From assembly GCA_039934295.1 (NCBI GenBank), contig JBDTMN010000004.1, positions 4,840 through 68,839 on the forward strand: a stretch of 64,000 nucleotides of DNA, written 5' to 3'. How positions within the stretch are numbered: the stretch's first letter is position 1; every line of letters begins with the position of its first letter. A program made the position numbers and the translations under genes. Source of the DNA: Candidatus Tayloriibacteriota bacterium (GTDB lineage Bacteria; Patescibacteriota; Minisyncoccia; Phycocordibacterales; HO2-43-120). Under the pieces are notes generated by a model, which saw only the letters and a list, made by a program, of their open reading frames with translations, was not told the origin of the DNA and did not search any database. Of this stretch, positions 47,329 through 56,083 are shown in pieces.

Positions 47329-47521
47329 TCATATTTGGCCTAATTTATCGTTGCTTCGTTCGTTCGCTCCCGTGCTGTAGGTAACTACAGCTTGGTCACG
47401 AGCCTCACTCGCGCCTCAAATTATTCTCAAATCTGAAAGTTCTATTATTTTTTATTAATAATTATTTGACCTTTGTCTTCCGGCATCTTTAACATAAAAA
47501 TTCCGAAAGACACATTTCAAA

Positions 47522-48433
47522 CTACGTTTGGAGAGCCTCCTTTTCTGCAGGACTCTCGTGTTCCTCGTGATCTTGAGAGGCAATAGTGAAATACACAAGG
47601 AGAAGAATCGAAAAAATGAGTGCCTGAATCAGACCTACGAAAATTTCCAAAAAAAGAAATGGAATCGGCAACACGTATGCGAGTATCGCGCCCATTGCCA
47701 TAAGGAGCACTTCTCCGGCAAATATATTTCCAAAAAGACGGAATGAGAGCGACGCGACCTTGGCAAATTCGCCGATAAGCTCGAGAAGACCGACAAAAAA
47801 TGTGACCGGAGCCACAACCAAGACAGACGGCTCTTTGCGAACCTTTACGAAAATCTGTCCAAGCGATTTCAGGTTAACATATTTATTGAAAGTTTTCCAT
47901 ATTCCAATCGATACAATGCCGAATACGTTGGCGCCGAAAACCGCCATAATGGCGAGGGCAATAGTGGTATTGATATCGGCTGTCCCGCTCCGAAGAAACG
48001 GAATAAATGCCAGCCCATGAGAGCCTTTTTCCAGAATGCCAAACCCTCCGAGAGGCAGAAGTCCTAGCCAGTTATTGACGAGAATAAAAAGAAAGGCGGA
48101 AAAAGCAAGAGGAAAAATCTTGAGAGAAATTTTTCGGCTGTTTGTAACCTGGTCGCAAAGCGAGAGTGCTCCTTCCAAAATTGCCTCGAAAACATTCTGC
48201 AGGCCTCTCGGCACTTCCCGAAGCGTTCTTCGTAAAGCGACCGCAAGAAATGTAATCAAAAGAACTGCTACAAAGCTCGTGAGAAGAGCGTTCGTGATTG
48301 GAAAAGTACCAATATGTCCGATAGGCTCCGCAAAAAGCGTGACCTCGTGCTTGACTTCCATTCCCGTGGAATCAATAGCTACTTCTGTGGATTCAAGTGT
48401 TTGTGGAATCTCCGTTTGTGTTGTTGTTGCCAT
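47522..48433 (-). CDS. atpB: Fo ATP synthase subunit a (possible start at MEVKHE, ~48361)
   Basis: Polytopic. Conserved Arg-containing helix (FSLSFRLFGNIFAGEVLL). Confidence 0.85.
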   Translation of the reverse strand: MATTTQTEIPQTLESTEVAIDSTGMEVKHEVTLFAEPIGHIGTFPITNALLTSFVAVLLITFLAVALRRTLREVPRGLQNVFEAILEGALSLCDQVTNSRKISLKIFPLAFSAFLFILVNNWLGLLPLGGFGILEKGSHGLAFIPFLRSGTADINTTIALAIMAVFGANVFGIVSIGIWKTFNKYVNLKSLGQIFVKVRKEPSVLVVAPVTFFVGLLELIGEFAKVASLSFRLFGNIFAGEVLLMAMGAILAYVLPIPFLFLEIFVGLIQALIFSILLLVYFTIASQDHEEHESPAEKEALQT

Positions 48434-48689
48434 CTTTTTTCTCTGAAAGCTCTTTGTTAATTTTCCGAATATACTTTGTTACGGTGCGCACAATGCCAAA
48501 TGACGAAATTAAAAATCCAATTCCCGTAAGTGAGAGAAAAATCCATGGTTTCGTCCCGAACTTCGCGTCCAGAATTTTGCCTATAATCAAAGCTCCCACA
48601 ATTGGCACAACCACCCACGCTGACACCTGACCGAATACCTCTAAAGCAGGTCCCCACCATAGGTTGTTTTTATTGCCTTTTTCTTCCAT
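48393..48689 (-). CDS. AtpZ/AtpI-like small membrane protein preceding atpB
   Basis: 98 aa with two TM helices. In the position typical for atpI/atpZ. Confidence 0.4.
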   Translation of the reverse strand: MEEKGNKNNLWWGPALEVFGQVSAWVVVPIVGALIIGKILDAKFGTKPWIFLSLTGIGFLISSFGIVRTVTKYIRKINKELSEKKDGNNNTNGDSTNT

Positions 48690-48925
48690 GATTGTGCTCC
48701 CGATTAGACTAAAGTATAGAAAAAAAATCGTTTTTTCGCAAGAATTGGCTCTTGTGCGCGAAAATGGTTAACTTGGCACAGAAAATTAGAGAACCAGAGA
48801 ATCCTGTTTATTCCACCATTCGCGCGAATGGTGGAATAAACTTCTCCAACAACATCTATCTAATTTCAGTCATACATAGACACGCTCTGTCTAGAGTGGT
48901 ACTATAAAAAAAGTGAAGTCGTTCT

Positions 48926-49396
48926 TTGACGATGGAACTTGATTCAACAAATTTCAACCTCAAAATCACAACCAGAATGAAAAAACTGATTAGCCGGATG
49001 AGTGCAGTTGGACCACTTTTTCTTTTACTTACGCTGTCCTCGGCCTTGATATTTATCGCAGGAATCAACGCTACGATTTTCGGAAAGACCGAAGAGTGGA
49101 GGGTGATTGGATTTTTCGCCACCTATTTGGGTTCCATGTTGCTCTATGGGGCAAGGGTCTCCTTTAAAAGTTTCGAGGTGAACAGACGGAACTTAATCTC
49201 AATTTTGGTCAGGGGTTCATTATTGGCCATTTTGGGTGCAGCAATTTGGTCAATTGGGATCAGGCAGCCATGGAAAAGTTTCGCAATAGTCACTTTAGCT
49301 TTCGGAGGAACAGTGGCCTTAGCCTCTTTATTATCCTTGCTAACGGACTTGCTATCAAAAAAGAATAAGCAGGGTCCGCAAAGCAATTCGGAATGA
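48926..49396 (+). CDS. Hypothetical membrane protein
   Basis: 156 aa with 4 predicted TM helices. No family recognised. Confidence 0.4.
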   Translation: MTMELDSTNFNLKITTRMKKLISRMSAVGPLFLLLTLSSALIFIAGINATIFGKTEEWRVIGFFATYLGSMLLYGARVSFKSFEVNRRNLISILVRGSLLAILGAAIWSIGIRQPWKSFAIVTLAFGGTVALASLLSLLTDLLSKKNKQGPQSNSE

Positions 49397-49408
49397 ATTT
49401 TCAACCTG

Positions 49409-49440
49409 CCAAACGCGAGACCCGCTTCGGTGGGTTTTTT
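49409..49440 (+). terminator. Rho-independent terminator-like hairpin plus T-tract after the 48926..49396 gene
   Basis: GAGACCCGCTTCGGTGGGTTTTTTATT. Confidence 0.5.
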
Positions 49441-49616
49441 ATTGAATCGAAGCAACGTGGATGGTCGTGAAATTGATTGGACGTAAATCTATCCTACTTT
49501 TATTTGTTCCAGCAAATAAAAGTTGAGTAACCGTGTTAGAATGTTTGTATTGCGACATAGGTTATGTCACGATAGAGATATTATTATGGTTTTGTAATTA
49601 ATTTTATTTTAAATTT

Positions 49617-49985
49617 ATGAATTTTGATCAACCACAAGTAGAAAAACAAATTGATAAGGAACAAGCTATAAAAGAATTTAAGGAAATTTTTAAGTCTGCC
49701 AAAGACGATGTTGATGCATTATATATTCTTAATGCTACTGGTCCTCTCTATGATAGTGGATCTATTAACTCGGATCTTGTTACAAACGGTATAGAGAATA
49801 CTAAGGTAATGCTTAGGCGAGTAAAAGAGTTTGAGGTTACATATGGGGTGGATTTACAACTTAAAGGAGACATAATGTCTTTGCAGGCTTCTCTGGACAG
49901 TCGTGGTAGTTTCGGAGCTGGTAGTAAATCACGAGAATTGGTTGCGAAAATCAGGAGTATGGAAGATGGTAGTTTTCTAAAATAA
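49617..49985 (+). CDS. Hypothetical protein in an AT-rich block
   Basis: 122-aa ORF with no family recognised. Surrounding DNA (49450-50150) is markedly AT-richer than its neighbours. Confidence 0.3.
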   Translation: MNFDQPQVEKQIDKEQAIKEFKEIFKSAKDDVDALYILNATGPLYDSGSINSDLVTNGIENTKVMLRRVKEFEVTYGVDLQLKGDIMSLQASLDSRGSFGAGSKSRELVAKIRSMEDGSFLK

Positions 49986-50230
49986 CCAAGAATACTTCTT
50001 ACTTAAATCCTTGCTAAAATTAATACTGCCAACATGGTTACCTTCAGTATTGTGATATTACTCACGTTGCTTGTTACTTACCATGATATGGTAAAACTTT
50101 TTTAAAATGAATCTCGCCTAGCGGACGGTACGCGAGATGATTTCGCTATATCATATTCAAAAAATAAACCTTATTCACAGAGTTCGAGGAGCCAAAATCA
50201 AAAAAGGAACTTGATAGAATAGTGCCCTTT

Positions 50231-50863
50231 CTACCCTTTAAAAGGGTAAATAGTTTTCTTCGCAAATTTTTTATATTGGTCGCCAAGAACTGAGAAATCT
50301 TTTTTGAGAGTTTCCAAAAGATGCTGATTGTAGATTGCGGCGGCAGGGTGGTAGAGGGCGACGATTTTGATTGCGCCGTAGGACGCTTCTGCTTCGTATG
50401 CTTTGCCGTGAGCTTGGGAAATGGGTTCAAGCTCAAGTTCCTTGTCGAATTTTTTCATGATATAGCCCATTGAATATCGGCCAAGCGTGGCAATGATTTC
50501 AGGCTGAATGATATTTATCTGTCTATCCAAAAATGGCCCGTACAATTCAATTTCATTTGGCAGAGGATCACGATTTTCTTGGGGACGATCTTTAACAATG
50601 TTTGTGATGTACACTTCAGCTCGTGGAATTCCCGCAGATAACAAAAGAGAGTCTAAAATCTTACCTGCCGCTCCACAGAAAGGTTTTCCCGTCTTTGCTT
50701 CGTTTCGGCCGGGCGCTTCGCCCACAAACATTATTTTTGACTCATGGCTCCCCTCTCCGATTACCGGAAAATAGTTGTTTTCGGTGCGATAGGCAAAGAG
50801 AGGCGACTCTTTCAAGTCCAAAACCTCGTCTTTGATTTTTTTCATTTCGTCGATCTTTGACAT
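50231..50863 (-). CDS. Uracil-DNA glycosylase, family 4
   Basis: FVGEAPGRNEAKTGKPFCGAAGKILD (GEAPG...PF.G.AG motif). C-terminal HPAAA. Confidence 0.8.
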   Translation of the reverse strand: MSKIDEMKKIKDEVLDLKESPLFAYRTENNYFPVIGEGSHESKIMFVGEAPGRNEAKTGKPFCGAAGKILDSLLLSAGIPRAEVYITNIVKDRPQENRDPLPNEIELYGPFLDRQINIIQPEIIATLGRYSMGYIMKKFDKELELEPISQAHGKAYEAEASYGAIKIVALYHPAAAIYNQHLLETLKKDFSVLGDQYKKFAKKTIYPFKG

Positions 50864-50872
50864 AGTATTGTT

Positions 50873-50950
50873 ACTCCCGCGGATGAGGGACTCTAGAAAT
50901 TAATCTGGTTCCCCGCCTTCGCGGGGATGACAGAATATGAATTCTGTCAT
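50873..50950. repeat. Palindromic element pair (CCCGCGGATGAGGGA...; CCCCGCCTTCGCGGGGATGACAGAATATGAATTCTGTCAT) flanked by a 26-bp direct duplication of the UDG start region
   Basis: TTTTTCATTTCGTCG(A/G)TCTTTGACAT occurs at 50838-50863 and 50951-50976. Confidence 0.6.
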
Positions 50951-50980
50951 TTTTTCATTTCGTCGGTCTTTGACATGAAC

Positions 50981-51832
50981 TTAAAACAAAGTGCTCTCTT
51001 GGTGATCGTCTGGTTTAACTTTTTTTGTTTTTGGAATGTCTCTCTCCGCTGATTTTGCTTCAGACGAATTTTTTTCGAATACTATCTCGATGGCAACACC
51101 CGCCGACTGGCGGTAACTGCAATAATCACAGTCCGTGCTCTCCTTGGGCAAGATGTCGCTTACTAAACACTTTTTAATATCTCCCAACGTTTTTTCAACC
51201 CATTTATCGCTTCCAGTATAGGGAATGACGGACACATCGAATTCAAGCTTTCCGTCAAAAGCAACTCTATCCGTTTTTCCGTTTGCATAGACAAAATAAC
51301 CGAGATCATCAACTTTGAAACCATTCTGTCGAAAGAGCCATTGATACACTTCCATCTGGCGTTTGTATCCGTCCTGCCAGAGAGCATCCAAACTCACTTC
51401 ACCGTCCTTGCTCGTGGCTTTGTAGTCGACAACGATGAGTTCTCCGGAAGGCTTGACCCAAACGTCATCAACTCCCCCGCGCACAAAAAGATTGGTTGGC
51501 TTATGAAGAATACTCACGCCGTGTCGCAAAGAATCTCTCCAGTCTTCCATCTGTGGATGGCTGAAGGGAACTGCGTCAATTTTGTATTGCTTCATCAAAG
51601 GATGCGCCGTCTTTTTTGCCCGATGGATGTCAAACTCTTTTTTCAAAAGTTTGTCCACCGCGCTGTTTAGGGTAAAGGGAAAACCTGGAGGACGGGCGAC
51701 ACCGAGCTTGTTGTCAATGTAGAAGCATCTCGCGCATTCCAAAAAGAGGTCGATCTTGGAACGGGAGAGCTTCCAGTTCGGACCGCCATAATTCCAGTCA
51801 GGTTTTCTGTTTGGTTTATAATAGAGGGACAT
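50981..51832 (-). CDS. PD-(D/E)xK nuclease-superfamily protein with Cas4-like Cys cluster (N-terminal CxRC, C-terminal CxxC)
   Basis: CARCFY near the N-terminus, VVDYKATS (D-x-K) core, CDYCSYR near the C-terminus. This is the Cas4/RecB-like 4Fe-4S arrangement. Confidence 0.55.
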   Translation of the reverse strand: MSLYYKPNRKPDWNYGGPNWKLSRSKIDLFLECARCFYIDNKLGVARPPGFPFTLNSAVDKLLKKEFDIHRAKKTAHPLMKQYKIDAVPFSHPQMEDWRDSLRHGVSILHKPTNLFVRGGVDDVWVKPSGELIVVDYKATSKDGEVSLDALWQDGYKRQMEVYQWLFRQNGFKVDDLGYFVYANGKTDRVAFDGKLEFDVSVIPYTGSDKWVEKTLGDIKKCLVSDILPKESTDCDYCSYRQSAGVAIEIVFEKNSSEAKSAERDIPKTKKVKPDDHQESTLF

Positions 51833-51922
51833 AAGAAAAAAGTTGAAAGTGAAAAGTTAAAAGTAAAAAGTAAAAAGTTTGAAGAATCGGAAGAATGAAG
51901 AACAAAGAGAAGAAAATGCTAG

Positions 51923-52768
51923 TTAAACAAATAAACTTTTGGCTTCGTCAAGAACGTCTTTTTCTTCCTTTCTCCCGAGTTGCAGAAATGAAAGAACGCT
52001 CGGGTTTGAAACAATAGTCTTGCAAAGCACGATGCCTTTTGTAAAAAGTTCCTGTTTCTGCGAACTGGTAAGAGTCGTGAGACAGGTGAGAGGATGAAGT
52101 TTCTCTTCTTCAATCACGCTCTCGAGATTTTCTTTGTCCGGATAGTTCCACCCCATCATCGAAAGCCTCGTACAGCTTCCGTACTGAATGGCGGAAGAGG
52201 TGAATTTAGTATTGGTGATAAGAAAACCGTCCGTGAGACGCCTTTCTTTATTGCCAATAAAAAAAGATACTTTCGCTAGGTCTTCCATTCTGGCTTTTAC
52301 ATATAAAGCAATCTTGAGATCAGTCTTGAACCCCGGCTCGTTGTGAAATTTCACTTCTGCAAAGAGAAGCCGGTCGTCTTTCCACGCGATGACATCGACT
52401 TCATGTTCCACACAATGACCTTTCATGATTTTACCGGTTTCGACACTCCAACCTCTCGCTTTAAATATCTCTCCCACATAATCTTCAAAAGGGAATCCGG
52501 AAGGGCCAAAGCCGAGAAGCGCGCGTCGAAGGGAGTACCTTGCGGCAGATGGCCTGTGTTGCTTCTCGAGAAGCATGAAAGCATGCCGATAGATATCGGT
52601 AGTCGACATGTCATCCATGAGTTCCGACTGAACGTGACTGACCACTTCCCGAATAAGCTCATCATGAGCGCCCGCTCGCTTAAGCGAGTTCACAAGCTTC
52701 TCCTGGTCGAAAAATTCTTTTTCCCCGTCGGCTTTCAGGATTCTGATTTTTGGGCTGGTGTTTTCCAT
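51923..52768 (-). CDS. ATP-cone domain protein fused to a Mrr-like restriction-endonuclease-fold domain
   Basis: N-terminal ATP-cone-like segment (KIRILKADGEKEFFDQEKLVNSLKRAG). Core FEDYVGEIFKARGWSVE...EVDVIAWKDDRLLFAEVKFH resembles the Mrr catalytic motif. Confidence 0.5.
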   Translation of the reverse strand: MENTSPKIRILKADGEKEFFDQEKLVNSLKRAGAHDELIREVVSHVQSELMDDMSTTDIYRHAFMLLEKQHRPSAARYSLRRALLGFGPSGFPFEDYVGEIFKARGWSVETGKIMKGHCVEHEVDVIAWKDDRLLFAEVKFHNEPGFKTDLKIALYVKARMEDLAKVSFFIGNKERRLTDGFLITNTKFTSSAIQYGSCTRLSMMGWNYPDKENLESVIEEEKLHPLTCLTTLTSSQKQELFTKGIVLCKTIVSNPSVLSFLQLGRKEEKDVLDEAKSLFV

Positions 52769-53027
52769 AATGACAGATACTAATATACAAATGGCTACGA
52801 ATAATTAGGAATAAAGAATAGAAGACTGCACTTTGCCATCAAAGCGAGCCATTCATTTTTTGGAGAGTCGCGAATGGCAGATTGAACATCAAGGAGGCGA
52901 ATAGGAAAATTCAATTGTTTGAGGAGCAGTCCCGTGCGACGAGTCTTGGATTTTCCGTAAATGAGCCGACTATGATGTTCCTCTGCCGAAGCGTCCTCTC
53001 TCCAAAAAAATGAATGGCGAGCGGCCT

Positions 53028-53513
53028 CTATCCTTTGATATCAATCTCAAACGTATCCAGATTCTCCCCTTCCGGAACTTCAAAGATATTCAGTATAAGC
53101 GGTGAGCCATTCAACGTTCCGCTAACCGTTGCATCTTTGGACATCGTAATGCTTGTCTTCCATCTTCTCGCGCTCACAATCTGCTTGCAAACTTCAGTCG
53201 TATTCGTTGAAGTGAAGACCAAAGATATTTTGTTCGCTTCCGTCGCATTTTTTTGAGCTTCTGCTTCCACAAGGTCGCAGGGAGTGGGAAGGCTGATCTC
53301 TCCGGCAAAGGTATGAATGCCGTTTTTGAACTGGTGTTTTACGTCAATGGTTTGGGCTGTCGTTTCCTCTCCGCGAGTAGATTCAAGAGCGGGGTTAAAT
53401 ACTTCTGTTTTATGGTTCGCCCGATACGAATAATAAAACCCTCCGGCAATCAGGGCAACCGCAAGGACTGCGAGCACGATTGCCACGATTTTTTTATTAT
53501 TATTTTCTTCCAT
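53028..53513 (-). CDS. Hypothetical membrane-anchored protein
   Basis: 161 aa with N-terminal TM. Preceded by a TGTTACA-box promoter. Confidence 0.4.
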   Translation of the reverse strand: MEENNNKKIVAIVLAVLAVALIAGGFYYSYRANHKTEVFNPALESTRGEETTAQTIDVKHQFKNGIHTFAGEISLPTPCDLVEAEAQKNATEANKISLVFTSTNTTEVCKQIVSARRWKTSITMSKDATVSGTLNGSPLILNIFEVPEGENLDTFEIDIKG

Positions 53514-53594
53514 GGATAGTGTATTGTTAGGTAAATAAAGTCAATTGCTAGTTCCTTCCGTATGGGTTGATTATAGCACAAGGTGGGGAAAGAT

Positions 53595-53625
53595 TTGTAA
53601 CATATAGCATGTAACATGTAACGTC
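53595..53625 (-). promoter_or_regulatory. Three direct TGTTACA boxes upstream of an extended -10 (TGCTATAAT) for the 53028..53513 gene
   Basis: Minus strand reads GTTACAtGTTACAtgctataTGTTACA, then about 20 nt, then tgcTATAAT. Confidence 0.45.
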
Positions 53626-53673
53626 TCACGGGAAAAACTGGGAATCATTTTTTCTTACGATATTCGTTATACG

Positions 53674-54819
53674 CTACACAATCACTCCCCCTCCCAAGCA
53701 GACCTCGCCATCATAAAGCACGAGAGACTGACCTGCCGATACCGCCTGTTGTTTTTCGAAAAAAACGACGGAGAATGTGTTGCCTGATTGCATCACTCGA
53801 CACTTTGCGAGTTCCTGCCGATACCGGATTCTAGCTCTATATTCTTTCCCTGCCAAGGGCGCCTGCAAAATCCAATTTACATTTTTTAACACTATTTTTT
53901 CTTTGTTTCCGGAGCTCGGCGGTTCTCTGTGACCAACAGTAATCGTATTTGCCCTCACATTTTTGCCGACTACATAAAATGGCTCATCATTGGGAGATTT
54001 TTCCGTGATGATATATCCGTGCCGTTCGCCTTCCGTGTAAAAAAATGCTCCGTCGTGCTCTCCGATTACTTTTCCCTCGCCACTCAACACTTTTCCTTTC
54101 TCGTGTTTCAAGTAGTGGCCGAGAAATTCTCTCATATCCATTTTGCCGATAAAACATAGCCCCTGGCTGTCTTTCTTTTCCGCCGTAGGCAAGGCAAACT
54201 GCTTCGCCATTTTTCTCACTTCCGGTTTCGACAAATGTCCTACGGGAAATAGCGTGCGTGATAACTCCCGTTGTGTGAGCGTCCAAAGGAAATAGGATTG
54301 ATCCTTATTGGAATCACATGCAACATGTAACTTGTAACTTGTAACATCTGAAAGGGGAAAATCTTTTTCTCTTCTCAACTGTTTCGTGTTACGAGTTATA
54401 TGTTTTGTGACTTGCGCATAGTGCCCAGTAGCAACAAAATCGGCTCCTTTCTTCATTGCAAAATCATAAAATCCGCCAAACTTTATCGCCTTGTTGCACA
54501 TCACATCCGGGTTCGGAGTTCTGCCCGCTTTATACTCGGCAATCATAGAGTCAATCACATCTTTTTTGTATTCTTTTTCAAGATTGAGCGTAATAAAGGG
54601 AATGTCCAAAAGAGCCGCGACTCGCATCGCATCGAGTCGATCTTCTCTCCATGTGCAGTCAATCCAGTCCGGTTGCCAGACCTTAATAAACACGCCGATA
54701 ACATCGTATCCCTGCTTTTTAAGCATCGCCGCGGAAACCGAACTGTCAACCCCTCCGGACATGCCGACGTATACTTTCTTTTTTACTTTTTTTGTCCTTT
54801 TTTCTCCTTGACTTTTCAT
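53674..54819 (-). CDS. mnmA: tRNA-specific 2-thiouridylase MnmA
   Basis: PP-loop VGMSGGVDSSV, GHYAQV, KDQSYFLW, CFIG. Confidence 0.9.
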   Translation of the reverse strand: MKSQGEKRTKKVKKKVYVGMSGGVDSSVSAAMLKKQGYDVIGVFIKVWQPDWIDCTWREDRLDAMRVAALLDIPFITLNLEKEYKKDVIDSMIAEYKAGRTPNPDVMCNKAIKFGGFYDFAMKKGADFVATGHYAQVTKHITRNTKQLRREKDFPLSDVTSYKLHVACDSNKDQSYFLWTLTQRELSRTLFPVGHLSKPEVRKMAKQFALPTAEKKDSQGLCFIGKMDMREFLGHYLKHEKGKVLSGEGKVIGEHDGAFFYTEGERHGYIITEKSPNDEPFYVVGKNVRANTITVGHREPPSSGNKEKIVLKNVNWILQAPLAGKEYRARIRYRQELAKCRVMQSGNTFSVVFFEKQQAVSAGQSLVLYDGEVCLGGGVIV

Positions 54820-54861
54820 TAATTCTATTCTAATCTAGAAACTAGAAACAGGCAAATTGTA

Positions 54862-55410
54862 TTGCTCAAAACGGGCAAGTTTGCGCTACGATTTGGAGAA
54901 AAATCTATGAGTCAGATAAAGATAATGATGGTGGGAGTGATGATAGGCCTAGTCATTGCTGGAGTCGTGGTCGATATTCGAAATAGAGTGAACGACCAAT
55001 GGGGTTATCGTCTCTTGGGCGGGCTACTTTGTTTTTTTGCCCTTTTGTTTTTTTCCGTTACTTCCACCGCATTCAACGGGACGGAAGCCCAGGAACAGGT
55101 CGCGCCTGCGAGGACAGTCACCGTCCTCCAATTAGAGACAGGTATTTATGAATACCCCGATGTCTGGGAAGTTGGTGGATTTTATGTCATTCCATTACGG
55201 CGCGCAGAAGGTCTTCAGCAAATAGAAACCGAAAACGCGGGCACGCCAGAGAGGAGGGGGTGGCACATGCTTGCCTTTTCCACTTTTGTCAAATATGAAA
55301 TCCCCCCCAGCCAAAACGCGAAGTTGGTCTCATTCACCGGCTTTCTCGAGGTAAAAAAAGACGGAGACAAAAAAATCCTCGCGGTGTACAAACCCCCCAC
55401 AAGCAAATAG
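54862..55410 (+). CDS. Hypothetical 2-TM membrane protein (tandem paralog 1)
   Basis: Shares an L..G.YEY.D.W....F...PLR core with the next ORF. The roughly 60-nt leaders are also similar. Confidence 0.45.
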   Translation: MLKTGKFALRFGEKSMSQIKIMMVGVMIGLVIAGVVVDIRNRVNDQWGYRLLGGLLCFFALLFFSVTSTAFNGTEAQEQVAPARTVTVLQLETGIYEYPDVWEVGGFYVIPLRRAEGLQQIETENAGTPERRGWHMLAFSTFVKYEIPPSQNAKLVSFTGFLEVKKDGDKKILAVYKPPTSK

Positions 55411-55531
55411 TTCTCTCCAATATCAAGGTCCGACCTTGATATTTTTTTTCGTCCTATCCCCTACCCAATTGAAAATCCTTCTACTATAATAGTGGCAGCT
55501 AGGCAAATAGTATGCTCATCGACGAGCAAGT

Positions 55532-56047
55532 TTGCCACTGAACTTCGGAGAAATTGTTATGTTAGAGTTTTTCAATCTTTTTGGATGTGCTCTCATCATT
55601 ACTTTGATTCTCATGGTGGCCAGTCGAAAAAGCCCGCCAAAATACAGGATGTATGATTCCGTCGGCGCGGCAAGTATGTTTGTCATCCTTTACGTCGCTT
55701 GCAAAGTGATGAACCCGCTTAATCCGAGACAAGAGAGAGCGGCGCTTCCCGGAAATGCAGTCGAGATTGCCAAGCTCGAGGCAGGCGTCTACGAGTACTT
55801 GGATCTTTGGGACACGAAGCCATTCCACCTCCTTCCTCTTCGAAAAGTGGTGAGGAATGGAAGCAATGTGACACAAACGGACGACCCGAAACGAGCAAAA
55901 TGGATTCTGGCCGTCCTTTCGGGAGAAGAGGCAAGACGATACAAGATACCTGCGCCACGCAGTCAGAAAAAAACACCCATAGGGGGCACCCTCGAGGTGA
56001 AAGTTGAAAACGGACATAAATGTTTTTCAGTCATCGAATGCCGGTAG
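55532..56047 (+). CDS. Hypothetical 2-TM membrane protein (tandem paralog 2)
   Basis: AKLEAGVYEYLDLWDTKPFHLLPLRK matches LQLETGIYEYPDVWEVGGFYVIPLRR in paralog 1. Confidence 0.45.
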   Translation: MPLNFGEIVMLEFFNLFGCALIITLILMVASRKSPPKYRMYDSVGAASMFVILYVACKVMNPLNPRQERAALPGNAVEIAKLEAGVYEYLDLWDTKPFHLLPLRKVVRNGSNVTQTDDPKRAKWILAVLSGEEARRYKIPAPRSQKKTPIGGTLEVKVENGHKCFSVIECR

Positions 56048-56083
56048 CAAGCTACCGGCTTTTTCTTTCTGACTTACTCCCTA

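Noticed and set aside
48393-48433. 41-nt overlap between atpB and the atpZ-like ORF
   Set aside because: Likely an artefact of choosing the longest ORF. atpB probably starts at the internal MEVKHE methionine, which removes the overlap.
54316-54349. Tandem GTTACA repeats inside mnmA as evidence of a frameshift or two genes
   Set aside because: The reading frame is continuous and the encoded segment (SDVTSYKLHVACDSNKDQSYFLW) aligns with the expected MnmA region. Kept only as part of the TGTTACA-box finding, not as a gene split.
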